From Minutocellus sp. GHC0000111 (taxonomy: Eukaryota): DNA of 64,000 nt. The stretch is from contig OZ361256.1 of NCBI GenBank assembly GCA_977018835.1, positions 6,076,001 to 6,140,000 of the forward strand, in the 5' to 3' direction. Both the position numbers and the translations under genes were made by a program. Numbering within the stretch: position 1 is the stretch's first letter; the number at the start of each line of letters is the position of its first letter. The notes under the pieces were generated by a model. The model did no database searches. It was not told the origin of the DNA and saw only the letters and a list, made by a program, of their open reading frames with translations. Below are positions 32,700 through 44,862 of the stretch, in pieces.

Positions 32700-33800
32700 C
32701 CAAGCGAACTCGCCCCCGCCCCCGCCTTCAGTGACCTGTATCTCGTGACCCACTGCGTCCTGACCAGTGTTACCCATGTTCATTCGCTCCCTATGGTCCC
32801 ATACTCACAGTTCTGTGCGGTCGATAGAACTGACTTGACAGACTGGTTCAAGAGAACACATGTTTCCTGCTCAAAATGCGCCGATTTCCGCCAAGTGCCT
32901 CAAAACGAGCTTTTTCGGTGTTATCTTGTGAGATGAACCTTCCAGACCCGGGTTCAACCATTCCAAACTTTTAGTTTGATATATAGGCGAATTGCCGCCC
33001 GGTCATTAAACATGAACTTTTGCTCTGGGTCGAGAGAACGCACATTTTCATCTCGAAATGGGGCCAGAAACGGCCAAGTGCCGCCAAAACAGTTTTTTTC
33101 GGTATTATCTCGCAAGATATTGCCCCCAGACCATAGTTGGGCATATTCAATCGATTTGTATAGCACCAAGGTGGATTGGTGTGTGGTCGTTTGAACTGAA
33201 TTTGCTCGGTGTGTCGTGAGAACTCGCAATTTCACCTCAAAAATCGGGCCAAAATACGACATTTGCCGCAAAATGTGGTATTTGGCTACTATCTTATGAG
33301 ATATTGCTTCCCGCCCCGGACAGAACATATTCATTCGCCTTTCTTGGTCCCATGGTGGATCGCCGTGCGGTTGATAGAACTGAATTCATCGGTAGTGTCA
33401 AGATATCGCCTGTTTCCTCTCTGAAAGTGGTGCCAAAATCCGCTGAGTACCACCAAAAAGTGGTATTTCGTTGTTATCTCGTGAGATATTGCTTCCAGAC
33501 CGCACTTGGACACATCAGATACACTTCTTTGGTCCCAAGGTTGGTTGCGATGTGATCGTTGGAACTGAATTTGCCCGTTGAGTCGAGAAATTTCATGTCC
33601 ATTGCCGAAATTTGGGTCGAAAACCCAACTCTCAGCTCAAATACATGGTATTTGGGCATTATCTTGCGAAATAAAATGTCCAGCCCCAGATTGCAGCCAT
33701 CGGATCGCTCAATATATCTTCTGAGCGAGTTGTGGTGTGCTCGTTTGGACCAATTTGGTGCCATGGGTCGAGATCTTCCTTTTACTTCCTCCAGAATGGC
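32700..33800. repeat. Degenerate tandem array, ~6 copies of a ~184-bp unit
   Basis: ATCTYRYGAGAT-like motif at 32740, 32923, 33107, 33291, 33476, 33661 (spacing 183-185). A second motif (GGTCG-x-T-x-GAACTGAA-like) recurs at the same period. Boundaries approximate. Confidence 0.85.
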
Positions 33801-35563
33801 CTCGGAATGGCGCCAGAAGGGCTTATCTTAACCATCAAAGCTTCTGTACCTGCATAACTTCCATTCAATCTTTCAGCACGACTAATGGCAAGATCATGAT
33901 ACAGTACGTTGAGCGTAAATGGCCCATTGCGTGGGTGTTCTAATTGTCTACAGTAGTTGCGACGGGGTTTACGCAGGCCCCCATCTTACCTAGCTAGGTA
34001 CTCTCAGATAGTAGTAACGTCTACATGTAGCCAAGTAAGGCATTCTACCACAGCTACTACCCATAGAATGCCACTAGATACATACCGTGAGGCGGTTCTA
34101 TGAGAGTATTATTGAGTTCGTGATTATTTGTTGAGTTATAAGCCCTGACTCTTCGTGAAGGTCGACGACCACCGAGATTTACGATAACATCGTCAAATTT
34201 TCACTTCAATTTGCCTCCATCACGTTCCATGCTGGTACGAAGGACCTTTCATGAGCATAAAGGCCGCTCAGGTATACCAAGGGTCGTCAATGTATACCCT
34301 TCCCATCGAGTAGTTGTGGTTGATTGTTGTTCAGTATCAACATTGGTACTAGTATTTCGAATTGGCACCCCGCGAAATCTGGCGTTGACCTCCACGAAAC
34401 ATTGCGATGCTTATAAAAATCGTCAATCTTTAGAGCAACCCCGCGAAACTTTCCATCAATGAGCTCTCTTATATCACATCTGGGCGAAAATAAGGTACTG
34501 ATTAGGTGAATGGACGCGCATGGACCCAAACTATCGTCATGTTGGTATTTTTTACCTCCAAATGCAACAAAAGTTACCCTCCAAAAATGACAACATGAGA
34601 TAGATTGGCCGAACTATCAACCTAATCGCTAGGAAAATGCTATCGGACCTCAGCGTGGGTACATATCTTCCGAGTGGAAGCCTCGCTATCGTCAATTTGG
34701 CGTAGATAGGTATACCTATTGAGATGCCAAAGTGACATCGCGGTGGAGAAGTTGATGAGAATCTGGAAGTTTTCGTTTTACTTGTCTGTCATAGTGTGAG
34801 AATGCAGTGGGTTCCATACATAAACTCGAAATTCAACACATGTACCTCCTTTCTTAGTACATGAATTGGCAGGATTGAACGAGATTCAGCACCCCATGGC
34901 TCAATTTCAAGAACTATTCTACCTCATCTCGTTTCGGCGCCTGTCCCAACACAGGAAAATTTAATTGCAAATCCACAAAGCCCCCAGCGAATTGATCCAC
35001 TTACAGACACCCAACCCGCAGAAGATGCACATCGATCGCTCCAGTAGAGGCATGGTAGCGAAATATGAAAAGTTGTATAGATACTCTAAGCGGATTTTTC
35101 CGAGCAATGAGGCCATGTCGACATTGAGGACCGTTTTTGCGACGGAATCTGACTCTTAATTTTTGGGAGGATGGCGACGTTTTGCGACTCTTGTGTGTCC
35201 AAACTCAACACCGAACTCAACGACACTGTCATGCCGCCATCTCATGCTTGCGTCGAAACGGTTTGTTTCCTTTCAAGGAGTTGGTGCTCCTTTGGGGAGC
35301 AACTGCAGTGAGATCAAGGCCAAACTGAAATGAGATTGAGCATGAATTAAATCAGATTGGGCATAGGCTGGACAGGCTCACTGCTGCAGCAAATCATCTT
35401 CATCCAGGTATGTGTTGATTGTAAGTTTCGTCTAAAATACAAATTATCCCACTCTTTAGCTAGTCTTGCTACGTAGCTACTCTCTACTACGTAGCTAGTG
35501 GAGAACCGCGGATCCTCGGGCACTATGGAATTCCGATTGAACCATCGATGAATCGTTTCACAT

Positions 35564-37225
35564 CTAAAGAGAGGCGAGGATGAACCAGACGACTGTCACC
35601 ACGGCAAGCGGGAGATTGAGATGCTCAACACTGGCCGGACTATCAAAGGCGCGGGGGTCGATATGTTTGTCAATGAAATCATGCATGCTATCAGGGAGAT
35701 CGTCTATATTTTCAAGAAGGTCGTTGATAAGATCATCGTAGACATCCTTGTCATCTTCGGGTAGATTATCGAGAAGATCCATCAAATCTTGGTCGTTTTC
35801 AGGAAGCGGGGCGTCAGCTCCGTCTTCGCTTGCCTTATTGATGTCCACGGTACCATTGTCGTCGACGATTTGGAGTGTAGGGGTAGATTCCTGCACTGCT
35901 GGTTTCTCCCAGCCATCAGGGGTGTACACCCAAAGCTCTTCCCCTGTACCATCACCGCTCGCAGCGAAGTAGAGACGACCTTGGTACTTGGTGAACTCTT
36001 TTGGATCAAAAGGGAATGTAGACTGAACAACCGTGGCATTATCGGTACCGGGCCACTTCCAGAGTTGCAAAACAGACTTATCGGGTATAGTTCCATCAGA
36101 AGCAGCGAAGAATAACTTATCTTCAAATTTGAACAGATTTTCGAAATGCACAACGCTATCTTTCATCGGACCACCAAACACATTGTTGATGATCTGCTGC
36201 ACATCTTCGCCGTCGTACTTCCACATTCCATAATAATCTTGTGTCTCATCGCTACCATACCAAGTCGTTCCGACGACTCGTTCATCTCTAATCTTGAAAT
36301 ACCAACTGTCCCCGAACTCGATAGCATGGAAAGCATTATTCAATGAAATGATTGTTGTTTCATCCGATAACGTTTCGCCTTGAATGGTGTCTCCATTTCC
36401 CCCTCCTAACTTTTTAACATCGTAACCGTACGATGAATACCAAAATGATCCTCCCTTACGCCAATGGATAATGAGGTACATGTTGCCCTTGAAAGAAAAG
36501 ATGTGATAGGCCTCATTTGTTCCAAAATTGTAAAAGAGACTGCGCCCTTCTTCCTCGTTGTACTTGTAAAGGACGTTGTTATCGTCGTCATCCTTCGTCA
36601 TGAACTTCGTCATGAAGTAGAGAGATCCATTATGCTCACCCATGTTGGTCGGCTCGGAGTCATCGACTGGGTTCCATCCTGGCTGAAGATCGCATACGAC
36701 TTCGGTGTCGACACCATCTGTTTTCATCAGCTTGGGTCCCTCAAGACCGAAGTAGAGCTCGGACTGGTACTCAAAAAAATTGACACGACCGTTGAGAGAA
36801 TCAATCTTGGCATCGTACACAACGGTTTTGGTAGATCCGTCGTATCTGTAGATGCCCCAGAGGCTTTCGGTAGTGCACCAGCCATAACTACAAGTCGTTT
36901 CCTGAGGAACGCCGTCGAAGCAATAAAGTTCGTCCTTGAAACAAATAAAACGATGGGCATCTTCGGGAAAATTCGCAGCTTTGGTAATCTCATCGGTCAC
37001 GCCATCATATTTGTAGTAGCTGATTGTGGGGTAGTAGGTTGTGCCCCAATCTCTATCATAAGTTTCGAAGTAAAGATATCCGCCGCAAGCGATGAGATTC
37101 TTCGGGAAAGAGCTTTTGAGATGCCCGGGTGTGAGATCTTTCGCCATTTCAACGCTAGATGCGTTGGCAATGACGGTCAGCGAGAGTGTAATGCCAGCAA
37201 CGTGGTGAACCGAAGAGAGCTTCAT
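35564..37225 (-). CDS. Secreted/surface ELWxxDGT-repeat-like beta-propeller protein with hydrophobic C-terminal anchor
   Basis: Signal peptide; repeats KLFFAASDGT...QLWKW, RLYFAASGDGTGEELWVY, ELYFG...LMKTDG; acidic stalk; hydrophobic C-terminus LAVVTVVWFILASL (GPI-like). Confidence 0.75.
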   Translation of the reverse strand: MKLSSVHHVAGITLSLTVIANASSVEMAKDLTPGHLKSSFPKNLIACGGYLYFETYDRDWGTTYYPTISYYKYDGVTDEITKAANFPEDAHRFICFKDELYCFDGVPQETTCSYGWCTTESLWGIYRYDGSTKTVVYDAKIDSLNGRVNFFEYQSELYFGLEGPKLMKTDGVDTEVVCDLQPGWNPVDDSEPTNMGEHNGSLYFMTKFMTKDDDDNNVLYKYNEEEGRSLFYNFGTNEAYHIFSFKGNMYLIIHWRKGGSFWYSSYGYDVKKLGGGNGDTIQGETLSDETTIISLNNAFHAIEFGDSWYFKIRDERVVGTTWYGSDETQDYYGMWKYDGEDVQQIINNVFGGPMKDSVVHFENLFKFEDKLFFAASDGTIPDKSVLQLWKWPGTDNATVVQSTFPFDPKEFTKYQGRLYFAASGDGTGEELWVYTPDGWEKPAVQESTPTLQIVDDNGTVDINKASEDGADAPLPENDQDLMDLLDNLPEDDKDVYDDLINDLLENIDDLPDSMHDFIDKHIDPRAFDSPASVEHLNLPLAVVTVVWFILASL

Positions 37226-37897
37226 GTTGTTTGTAGGTGCGCTTAGGCGCCTTATTTTGATATTCTGTTTGGCTATTGGCCGCTTGCTCTTCTACTTTGT
37301 ATGTTTGTGTCGCTGCACCCTGATTTTGTTTTTTATGAAACGAGGCAAAAAGGCGATGGCGGAAGGGATGGCGATTGGGAGAAATGAAGGCCGATTTTCA
37401 GGTCCAGCCTTGATGCGAATGTTCTTCGGCCAGCTGGTCGAATGACGTAGAACAACGGTGCACATGCCGGATTTCGCAGCAGATGGTGCAGCAGATGGTG
37501 TCGTGCCGAGACCCTTATTTTCTGACGATGCGAAGCCACTGACCGACATCCGTATCTTGCTCTCGGAAATGACACATGATGTGAACGGAGACCAAACACA
37601 TTCAAATTGAATGTGGGGATGCAAACCATGCTAGCAATTATCAGGGTGGGTCTCGGTACCAGCATCGTCCTCCCAGTCTCATCATCTTGGGCGGTGGGAA
37701 AATGAGTGTAGTGGAGTGAAAGTAGACTTACTCGACTGATTGGACAATCGACGGCCAGACGGGATGGTGGGAAATAATGGATATCAAACAACCGGATCTA
37801 TTGTCAATTGGGCGGTGCACCTCTCAGTTGTTATTATAAATTTAACAATGCATACGCCACGGGGTAACTGACTTACTATTGTAGTTTCTTCTGGTTT

Positions 37898-40870
37898 CTA
37901 CTCAACCATGTCCATTTCCTTCATTCTCTCGTCGTATTTCCTTGCAACCTCTCCGTCATCTTCATCGTCGTCTTCATCATCGTCGACACCCTTCTGCAAC
38001 ATGTCCCAAACGTCCATATTTTTAGCATTAGTATCACCGAATCGACTTGTTACCCCGCTCGTGATGATAGTGGGAAGCGATGCAGGTTCTTTGCAGACTG
38101 GGTGAATTGAGGATGCACAGCTTGGGTCGCAAGTCGGCCCAACACCCGCTCCGGAACAAATTGTTGGGAGATCATTAGTGGTGATATTGGGCACAATCGT
38201 AGCATTGGCACCCGCGTCACAGAAACAATTGCCAGATCCATTCCCGCATTCAAAAATGCTATTGAACGGAAGGGAAAAGTCAAAGATATCTTCAGAACTT
38301 GCTCCAGTAAAGTTCACGTCATTGCCATGAAAGACAGTTTCATTCATCGTGAGAATATTTGTTGTGGGCCCAAATTCACCAGATGCGATTGCTCCGCCCC
38401 CAACTGTGCCAGCGATATTTTGCTCGAAGAGGCACCCATGGATTGAGGACGTAGTGTTTATGCCGAGGTATATACCACCGCCAGAACGAAGTGCTGAATT
38501 TCCGATGATCTCGGCTTCAGAAATGCTAAGGTCTCCCAGCCTAGTTAGGATAGCGCCGCCCCCTCCACTAAGTTCAGATGTTGCTGCGTTACACTGAAAG
38601 AGAGTCCTCGCCCCATTGATGGTAGTTTCAGATCTTTCGCCAGAAGCGACGTCCAAGGGACCGGACCAGAGGGCGCCTCCCACCACCGCACTGTTTCCAT
38701 CAAATCGACTATCTGTAAGAGTTGAAATTCCTTCCACAGCGATCCCCCTCCAGCCACGGCGGCATTATTGGTGAAATCACACGCCTCTGTTGTAAGAGTA
38801 GCACTAGTTCGAGACATAACTGCCCCACCAAAAAAGGCCAAATTGCCGTCAAATCGACAGCCACTAAGGGAACAGTTGTCTCTCAGAGATATGGCTCCAC
38901 CGAAAGTATTAGCATTGTTTGAATCAAAAAGACACTTTTCGATTGTGGATGTACTGTCATCGCTCACATGGATTGCACCTCCATCCGCTAGCACTGTTTC
39001 CAATAAATTGATTTTCATTCAGCATTGTTTTACTAATGCGTGTGTAGATGGCCCCACCGTCGTCTCCCGTAGTATTCTCTTCAAAAATGCAATTCTTGAT
39101 ATCTACAATGCTCCGCATCCTCGTGTATATAGCCCCGCCGTCATCTCACGCACCATTTCCAGCGAAATGGCAGTTTTCCATCGATGATGTAGAAGTATGC
39201 AGATTGATTGCACCACCATCGTCTATGGCACTATTCTTGGTGAAGGAACATTGTTGGAAGAGGGAATCAGAATTCCACATATAGATTGCGCCACCATCAG
39301 GGCGTGACGAAGTAGTTGCTGCATTTTCCGTGAAGTAACAGTTTCGAATTGTGTAAGAGCCGCGAAGAGTATAAATGGCACCTCCATCATCTTTGGCTTC
39401 ATTTCCACTGAATTCGCACCCTTCCATCAAAGTAGAAGAGCTCAAAGAATGGATCGCGCCCCCGTCGACAGAGGCAGAATTTCCCTCGAATCTACAATCG
39501 GTGAATGTCGACTGACTCGTAGCAGCCAACGCGATAGCACCGCCATTGACCGCAGTATTTTGAGTAAAGACGGTTTCGGTGGCCTTGACGGTAGCAAAGA
39601 TACTAACGACGGCACCGCCTTGACCAGTCACCCTGTTATGTCGAAGATGACAACTTGAAAAAGAAAGGATCGAATTGTCAGGTGAAAGTGCCTGCACAAA
39701 GAAAGCTCCACCCAGGTTGCTGGGTAGTGCGGTACCCCTTCCCTTGCTCTACGTTTTGTCAAGAAAAGGAGAGATTCAATTCAAATTATGAGTCAATGAG
39801 TAACTTGCAATGAAAAATATTCGTATCACAAAAGTACTGTACCAAACCACGTATTAACTCACAGATGATCCATTCTCGATAGTAATCCCTTCAAACGATG
39901 CCGCAAAATCTGCCCCCTGCTGAGCAGTGACGAACGAATATCCATCCAAATCCAACGTACAATCAGATCCAAGGCACGAGATCTCAAAGTATTTGTTGGA
40001 GATGTCAACGATATCCTCAAAGACGATGGGCCTGTCATTGCAGATCTCGATTTTTGCACGATTGTCTGGATCGGAGTCTGTTGCAGCGGCAATGCGTCGC
40101 TGCAGCTCTTGAAATGTGTCAACATAGGAGACCCATTCACATTTATCGGCGTTGAAATTGACGATGCTGGGAAGATCTAGATTGGGAAGAGGCTCTCCGA
40201 CGGCGATTTCCCAGAGGGAGTTATAGTCGTTGGGATCCTCAGTCTGACCCTTCTTGAACTTGACAATGGTCAGAGGATAGTCGGCATAGGGACTAACGTC
40301 GGCATTGTCTGTGAGCTTGAGGAGAGTCGATTGGCCAAGGTTCTCGTCGTTCTTTCCACCCGTACCGTCGCAAGTGAGCGACGCAACTACCGTATGGGTC
40401 TTCTCGTCGTAAAATGTCAAATAGGGACCCTCCTTGGAGTAACGGTTGGGATCGAAGCCTTGCTCCTCTCCAATGCACAGATGCGTAACATCGCTGCAGT
40501 ACTCGTAGACTACCTCACCCTTTGGGTTGTAGAGGCGAAGCTTGCTGTCCTTGATGCCAAATTGCCAGCGACCGCCCATGGGCTTGTAGTCGTACTGGAT
40601 GCAGAGGGCCTCGCCTTCGGTCATGCAGATTTCGGTGGGCTTACCACCGCCAGCACGGATTGAGTTGTCGATGCAAGTCAGACCCGAGTTTCTAACTGGG
40701 GCAACCCAATATCTGTTGGTTCTGCGAGCATCTTGCTTGTTGACGTTGTTGGCACGAAGGCCGGTAGGAGAAACGTCGTGCTGATGTCTGTCGGCGGCTA
40801 CGGCCGCAGACGCCGAAACGAAGATTCCTGACGCCGCCAGGAGCGCTGACAACGTAGTCGGGAGCCTCAT
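37898..40870 (-). pseudogene. Secreted right-handed beta-helix protein with Pmp-type (FxxN...GGAI) repeats, disrupted
   Basis: Signal peptide; intron 39749-39862; many F-x-x-N-x-A-x-x-x-GGAI repeats. In-frame TGA at 39146-39148 with repeats continuing past it; frameshifts near 38990 and 38745. Confidence 0.8.
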
Positions 40871-41385
40871 AATTATTCAATTTGGAAGCTTCGAGGGAGT
40901 AGATTAAGTCTTCGTGGTGTTGAAAGTAGCCGACTTCCATGCAATGGAGGCGGAAATATGCTTGCTCCAGTGCATCTTTCTCGGCTACTTTCCCTCGCAA
41001 CCATCCGTTGACAGAATCTTTATTTTGTTGCGCGCACAGCGCATGTCATAATGGTCTGGGCCGTCACCCCTTACGCCTTGGATTTGTTCCGCGATGATCA
41101 GCACTTGCGCGATGTGGCGTTGGGTTGCGCTGGTTTTGATCCTTTCAAAAGCGTTGGGTTCGGAGGATTTGGATCTTCTGCGACACGAGCTTCCCAGACT
41201 TACTCGACTGTTTGGAGACGGAGAACAAGAGCAGTTCAGATGCGCGACAGGATCCGACAGATCTGTGAAGAATTGGACGGTGCACCTTTCGCCATTTGCA
41301 CCCCACGAGCAAGCAGAAACGCCTTCGTTGCTACCACAGAGAGAGGCCTTGGCTGCTAATAGTAGTAATTTAATATGGTCTGAAT

Positions 41386-42576
41386 ATGCGGAAATCGATC
41401 GGGGCCTTGGTTCTGGCTGGTGCTCTGCTCACCCTCCGCTTTCACCAGGCATCCATTCTCGAGTCAGCCTACAATTTTATCCCCTTTTCGACCGAGACAG
41501 TGGCTGCACAGTGGCCGAATGATGCTGGTAAAGATCCTAGTACTTCTGGTGGCATTCCTGCTAATATAATTGCCAAAGAACGCCTCAAGTACTTATCTGG
41601 CCGACGCATCCTCACAAAAAGCACAAAATCGTTCATCCCGCCACAACGCTATTGCCTGATTCATGTAGGAAAAACTGCAGACTCGGCAGTTTCTTGCGAA
41701 GTTTGTGGGCTGCAAGACCGCCGTGAGCTAAAGTGCTCCAAAACAGTGCAAAAGACCAAGCCCTCAGCATTACAAAGGGCCTTTGCTGGGAGGTATCACA
41801 TGCTCGGTCAGCGAAAGAGATGCGAGAATGCATTCGCTCGAAAAGAATTCAGGGAGTTCATTGTTACTTTACGAAATCCCATCGATCGCATCACAAGTTG
41901 GTACTATTACGAGCACCCTGCCACCATTACTAGTAAATATCGGAATCACTGCCATTTGAAACAATTGCATCGATGGGTAAACAGTACCGATGGGTGCTTT
42001 GCTTCGCTGGATGAGTTCGCGAGGAGTGCCATGCCTCGAAATCAGAGCGGCTACAATGGAGGCGAGCAATTAACAAAAGACTCCAAAGGCAATCGCGTGG
42101 TATGCTCCGACCTTGCCTACAAGGTGGCTTCCGGAAAGACCCCATGCCCAGCGCACAACTTTTTCAACTACCAGTATTACGAGCAAAGCATACAAAAAAT
42201 GAGCAAAGAGCTAAATATTGCAAGGAAGGTACGCTTGTTTGCTATACGAACCGAGCATTTGGCATCTGACTGGGACGGGTTGGAAAATTTATACTCGATG
42301 GGTACGGACCCTTCATCAGGTAATGGGCAGCAGAAGGCAATTGTTGGAGTTGGGCGATTCCAAGTTCGAAGTGGGACTGTAACATCGGGAAAATCGAGCA
42401 TTGAGCTATCCGATGAGGGCCGAAAAGGACTTTGTGTTGCCCTATGCCTTGATATACAAGCTTACAAGCGATTGCTCTACCGAGCGCAAAATTTGGAAAC
42501 AAGTGAAGTCATGAGATCATTGGATGAACTCAGACTCACATGCCCAGAGGAAACATATGCAGTAAGAGAATGTTGA
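41386..42576 (+). CDS. Type II membrane sulfotransferase-like protein
   Basis: N-terminal anchor; 5'-PSB-like LIHVGKTADSAV; 3'-PB-like VTLRNPIDRITSWYYY; IRTEHL-x-x-DW. Confidence 0.75.
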   Translation: MRKSIGALVLAGALLTLRFHQASILESAYNFIPFSTETVAAQWPNDAGKDPSTSGGIPANIIAKERLKYLSGRRILTKSTKSFIPPQRYCLIHVGKTADSAVSCEVCGLQDRRELKCSKTVQKTKPSALQRAFAGRYHMLGQRKRCENAFARKEFREFIVTLRNPIDRITSWYYYEHPATITSKYRNHCHLKQLHRWVNSTDGCFASLDEFARSAMPRNQSGYNGGEQLTKDSKGNRVVCSDLAYKVASGKTPCPAHNFFNYQYYEQSIQKMSKELNIARKVRLFAIRTEHLASDWDGLENLYSMGTDPSSGNGQQKAIVGVGRFQVRSGTVTSGKSSIELSDEGRKGLCVALCLDIQAYKRLLYRAQNLETSEVMRSLDELRLTCPEETYAVREC

Positions 42577-42650
42577 ATGATATTCTCAAGACCGAATCAG
42601 CAAAGAATATGTAGTTTTATCACATTTGAACCTACTGCATGTAATTTAGC

Positions 42651-43484
42651 TCAGTACGCTTTCATTTCAACAAGCTGCAAAGAGAAGTCACCCAAGGCAA
42701 ACTTTGGATTGAGTCCGCCATCGTACTCAAACTTGGAATAGGCCAGTTGGAATCCGACGACATTGTTGGCCATAAACGACTTGCCCTCGACGGTATTGGC
42801 AAAGATGGTGGGGACCTGCTTATCAAATGGCAAACGCACGGTCCCCCCATTCCGATTTCCGGGCGCATCGAAGCTGCTCGTCCAGCACACGCCGTTGAAG
42901 TCGGTTGAGTCTCGTACCACCGCCTTGAATCGCTTGGCATCGCCGCCTCGAAGCCGAAGTTCGATGCCCCTGCACCCCGTCATGTCGAGCGGTGGGTCGA
43001 ACGGCGTGGTTCGGATGCCCACGAACCCTCCATTGTTGGTGGAGCTGACGTTGCCGCCCCACATGCCGGTGTTGTTGTCGAATTCGCTCGACGATACGCC
43101 GCCCATCACCACGTCGTCCAGCGGGGCCCATGTCATCTTGGGTCCGATGGCTGCATCATTGCCGCCGCCAGCCGACCATATTACATCGCCGGGTTGTACC
43201 AGTTGTGCCGCGCCGGTTGTGCGGAAAGGATTTGGCGGTCGAATGAATCGCGCGCTTTGCCGAATGAATCGAAAGGCATCCCACGGTTGTCGCTCTGCTC
43301 GTGCATCTGATTCCGCATGGAGTTGTGTGGGAGTAAATGTACTAGTAGTCCTACTTTGGATTGTTGTTGTTGTTGCGGTGGGTGACGAGAAGGCGGTAGC
43401 GCCATGTGGCTGTAATGATGCAGCTAGGGCAATCACGAGCACCAAGAGGACTGAGATTGAGTGTGAAATGTTCGTTGGGTGCAT
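42651..43484 (-). CDS. CIA30 (complex I intermediate-associated protein 30) family protein, plastid-type presequence
   Basis: ATA-F presequence; W-x-x-LDDVVMGGVSSS, GNVSSTNNGGFVGIRT, SKFEYDGGLNP-x-F-x-x-G-x-F motifs. Confidence 0.85.
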   Translation of the reverse strand: MHPTNISHSISVLLVLVIALAASLQPHGATAFSSPTATTTTIQSRTTSTFTPTQLHAESDARAERQPWDAFRFIRQSARFIRPPNPFRTTGAAQLVQPGDVIWSAGGGNDAAIGPKMTWAPLDDVVMGGVSSSEFDNNTGMWGGNVSSTNNGGFVGIRTTPFDPPLDMTGCRGIELRLRGGDAKRFKAVVRDSTDFNGVCWTSSFDAPGNRNGGTVRLPFDKQVPTIFANTVEGKSFMANNVVGFQLAYSKFEYDGGLNPKFALGDFSLQLVEMKAY

Positions 43485-44862
43485 CGTATCGGTGAGCAGG
43501 CTGCTGGTTGCTGTTATTGTAGCGTCTTGACCCGACGAATGAGTCAGCAGTTTTCGGACGGACGTTCACTGTTGGCCTGATGATTAGCGAAATCTTTCTG
43601 CTGCTCTTTCTTACGATGGACTCGTTCGACTCAACTCCACTGCCGCATCCGGGGAACCTCCGCCTGTCTGCCCCGCATGAATGAACGCGCGCGAACAGTT
43701 CTTGCCAACGAGAGAAAGGGAATTTGCCACGAAAGACAAAAGAAGAAAAGGCAAATGGCGGTGCACCCCCTAACAAACGCATAAAATCACCAACACAGCA
43801 ACAAGTCAACGAAACAACACCAACGAACCCACTGCCTGTTATGTCCCGGTAGAGCCCACAATAATTCGATCACAAATGAGTAATCAGCAGCAGCAGCAGT
43901 ATGACAACGAGGATACCGATGACAGCCAGAGACCGATGTACGCGATGAGCGCGTCGCTCTCCCCCGGGGCCGGCGGGGAGCGCAGCCGAAGGTACGTCAA
44001 GCAGACTTTTTTGTTTCCGCACGAGATGCACGACGCGACGGAGCGGAGCGGTCGGTCACAGGACTGCCGTAGAGCGACGGCGGGATACAGCGCGGTATGT
44101 GCGGGGTGGAAGAACGTTGTTATTCGCATGGCGATCAGGACGACAGCGGCGGCGTGGACGTTGGGTCGTTCGTGAAAGAAGAGGCGACACCAGGCCATCG
44201 TTCCGGACCTGCTCTCATTATCGCCGTCCGGTAGGTCGGTCGAAATCCTTCGGAAACTCCCGCAAGGCTTTTTCGCACTCATGGTATTGGCATGTATTGG
44301 TACTGTCTTTCAGAAATCGTCGGGACGCATCTTGCGAGATTTTCGATTTTCGACCGGCCTACACGTCATTCGGAAAGCCACGAGTCAAACCGCACGAAAA
44401 AATCTGCGACGATAGCAGGTGGAACCCGCCAAGTCCTTCATCGCCTTCTGTTTGGTTGGAGACTCGACGCCTTGTCACAGCGCAGGCAGCAGCAGCAGCC
44501 GCAGCCGGCAGGACTTACTCCAGTCGCGGCATTGGCCCCCTTTTTCTCGCAACACGCACGCACGCCTCACTTTTCTGCCCTGCGGCCCTCCTTCTCGGCA
44601 ACTCCACGTCTCGCCCCTGCCCCTCACGTCTCACCCATACTATTTTGTTCTTTTCCCGTCCAAACCCCAAAATCAATCGAAACCATGAAACGATCCATCA
44701 ATGACTGCGACGACTCCTGTTCTTCCTTCTCTTCTTTGCACTCATCGTCGTCATCGTCAATATGTTCCATCGACGACCTGCGACTGCATCAACGACGAAC
44801 GACCGAATTCCAAACCGAAATGCAATCCTAATCCCGAACCGAATCACCACAATAACACCTCC

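Noticed and set aside
32700..33800. Regularly spaced palindromic motifs as a CRISPR-like array
   Set aside because: The intervening sequences are homologous to one another (whole-unit tandem repeat), the period is far longer than CRISPR units, and no cas-like genes are present.
34092..35509. Possible TIR pair GCGGTTCT/AGAACCGC bounding the gene-free stretch
   Set aside because: Only an 8-bp match with no TSD; expected by chance.
39146..39148. In-frame TGA as selenocysteine or an alternative genetic code
   Set aside because: It falls at a variable repeat position, the gene has additional frameshifts, and TGA, TAA and TAG all terminate normal genes in this window.
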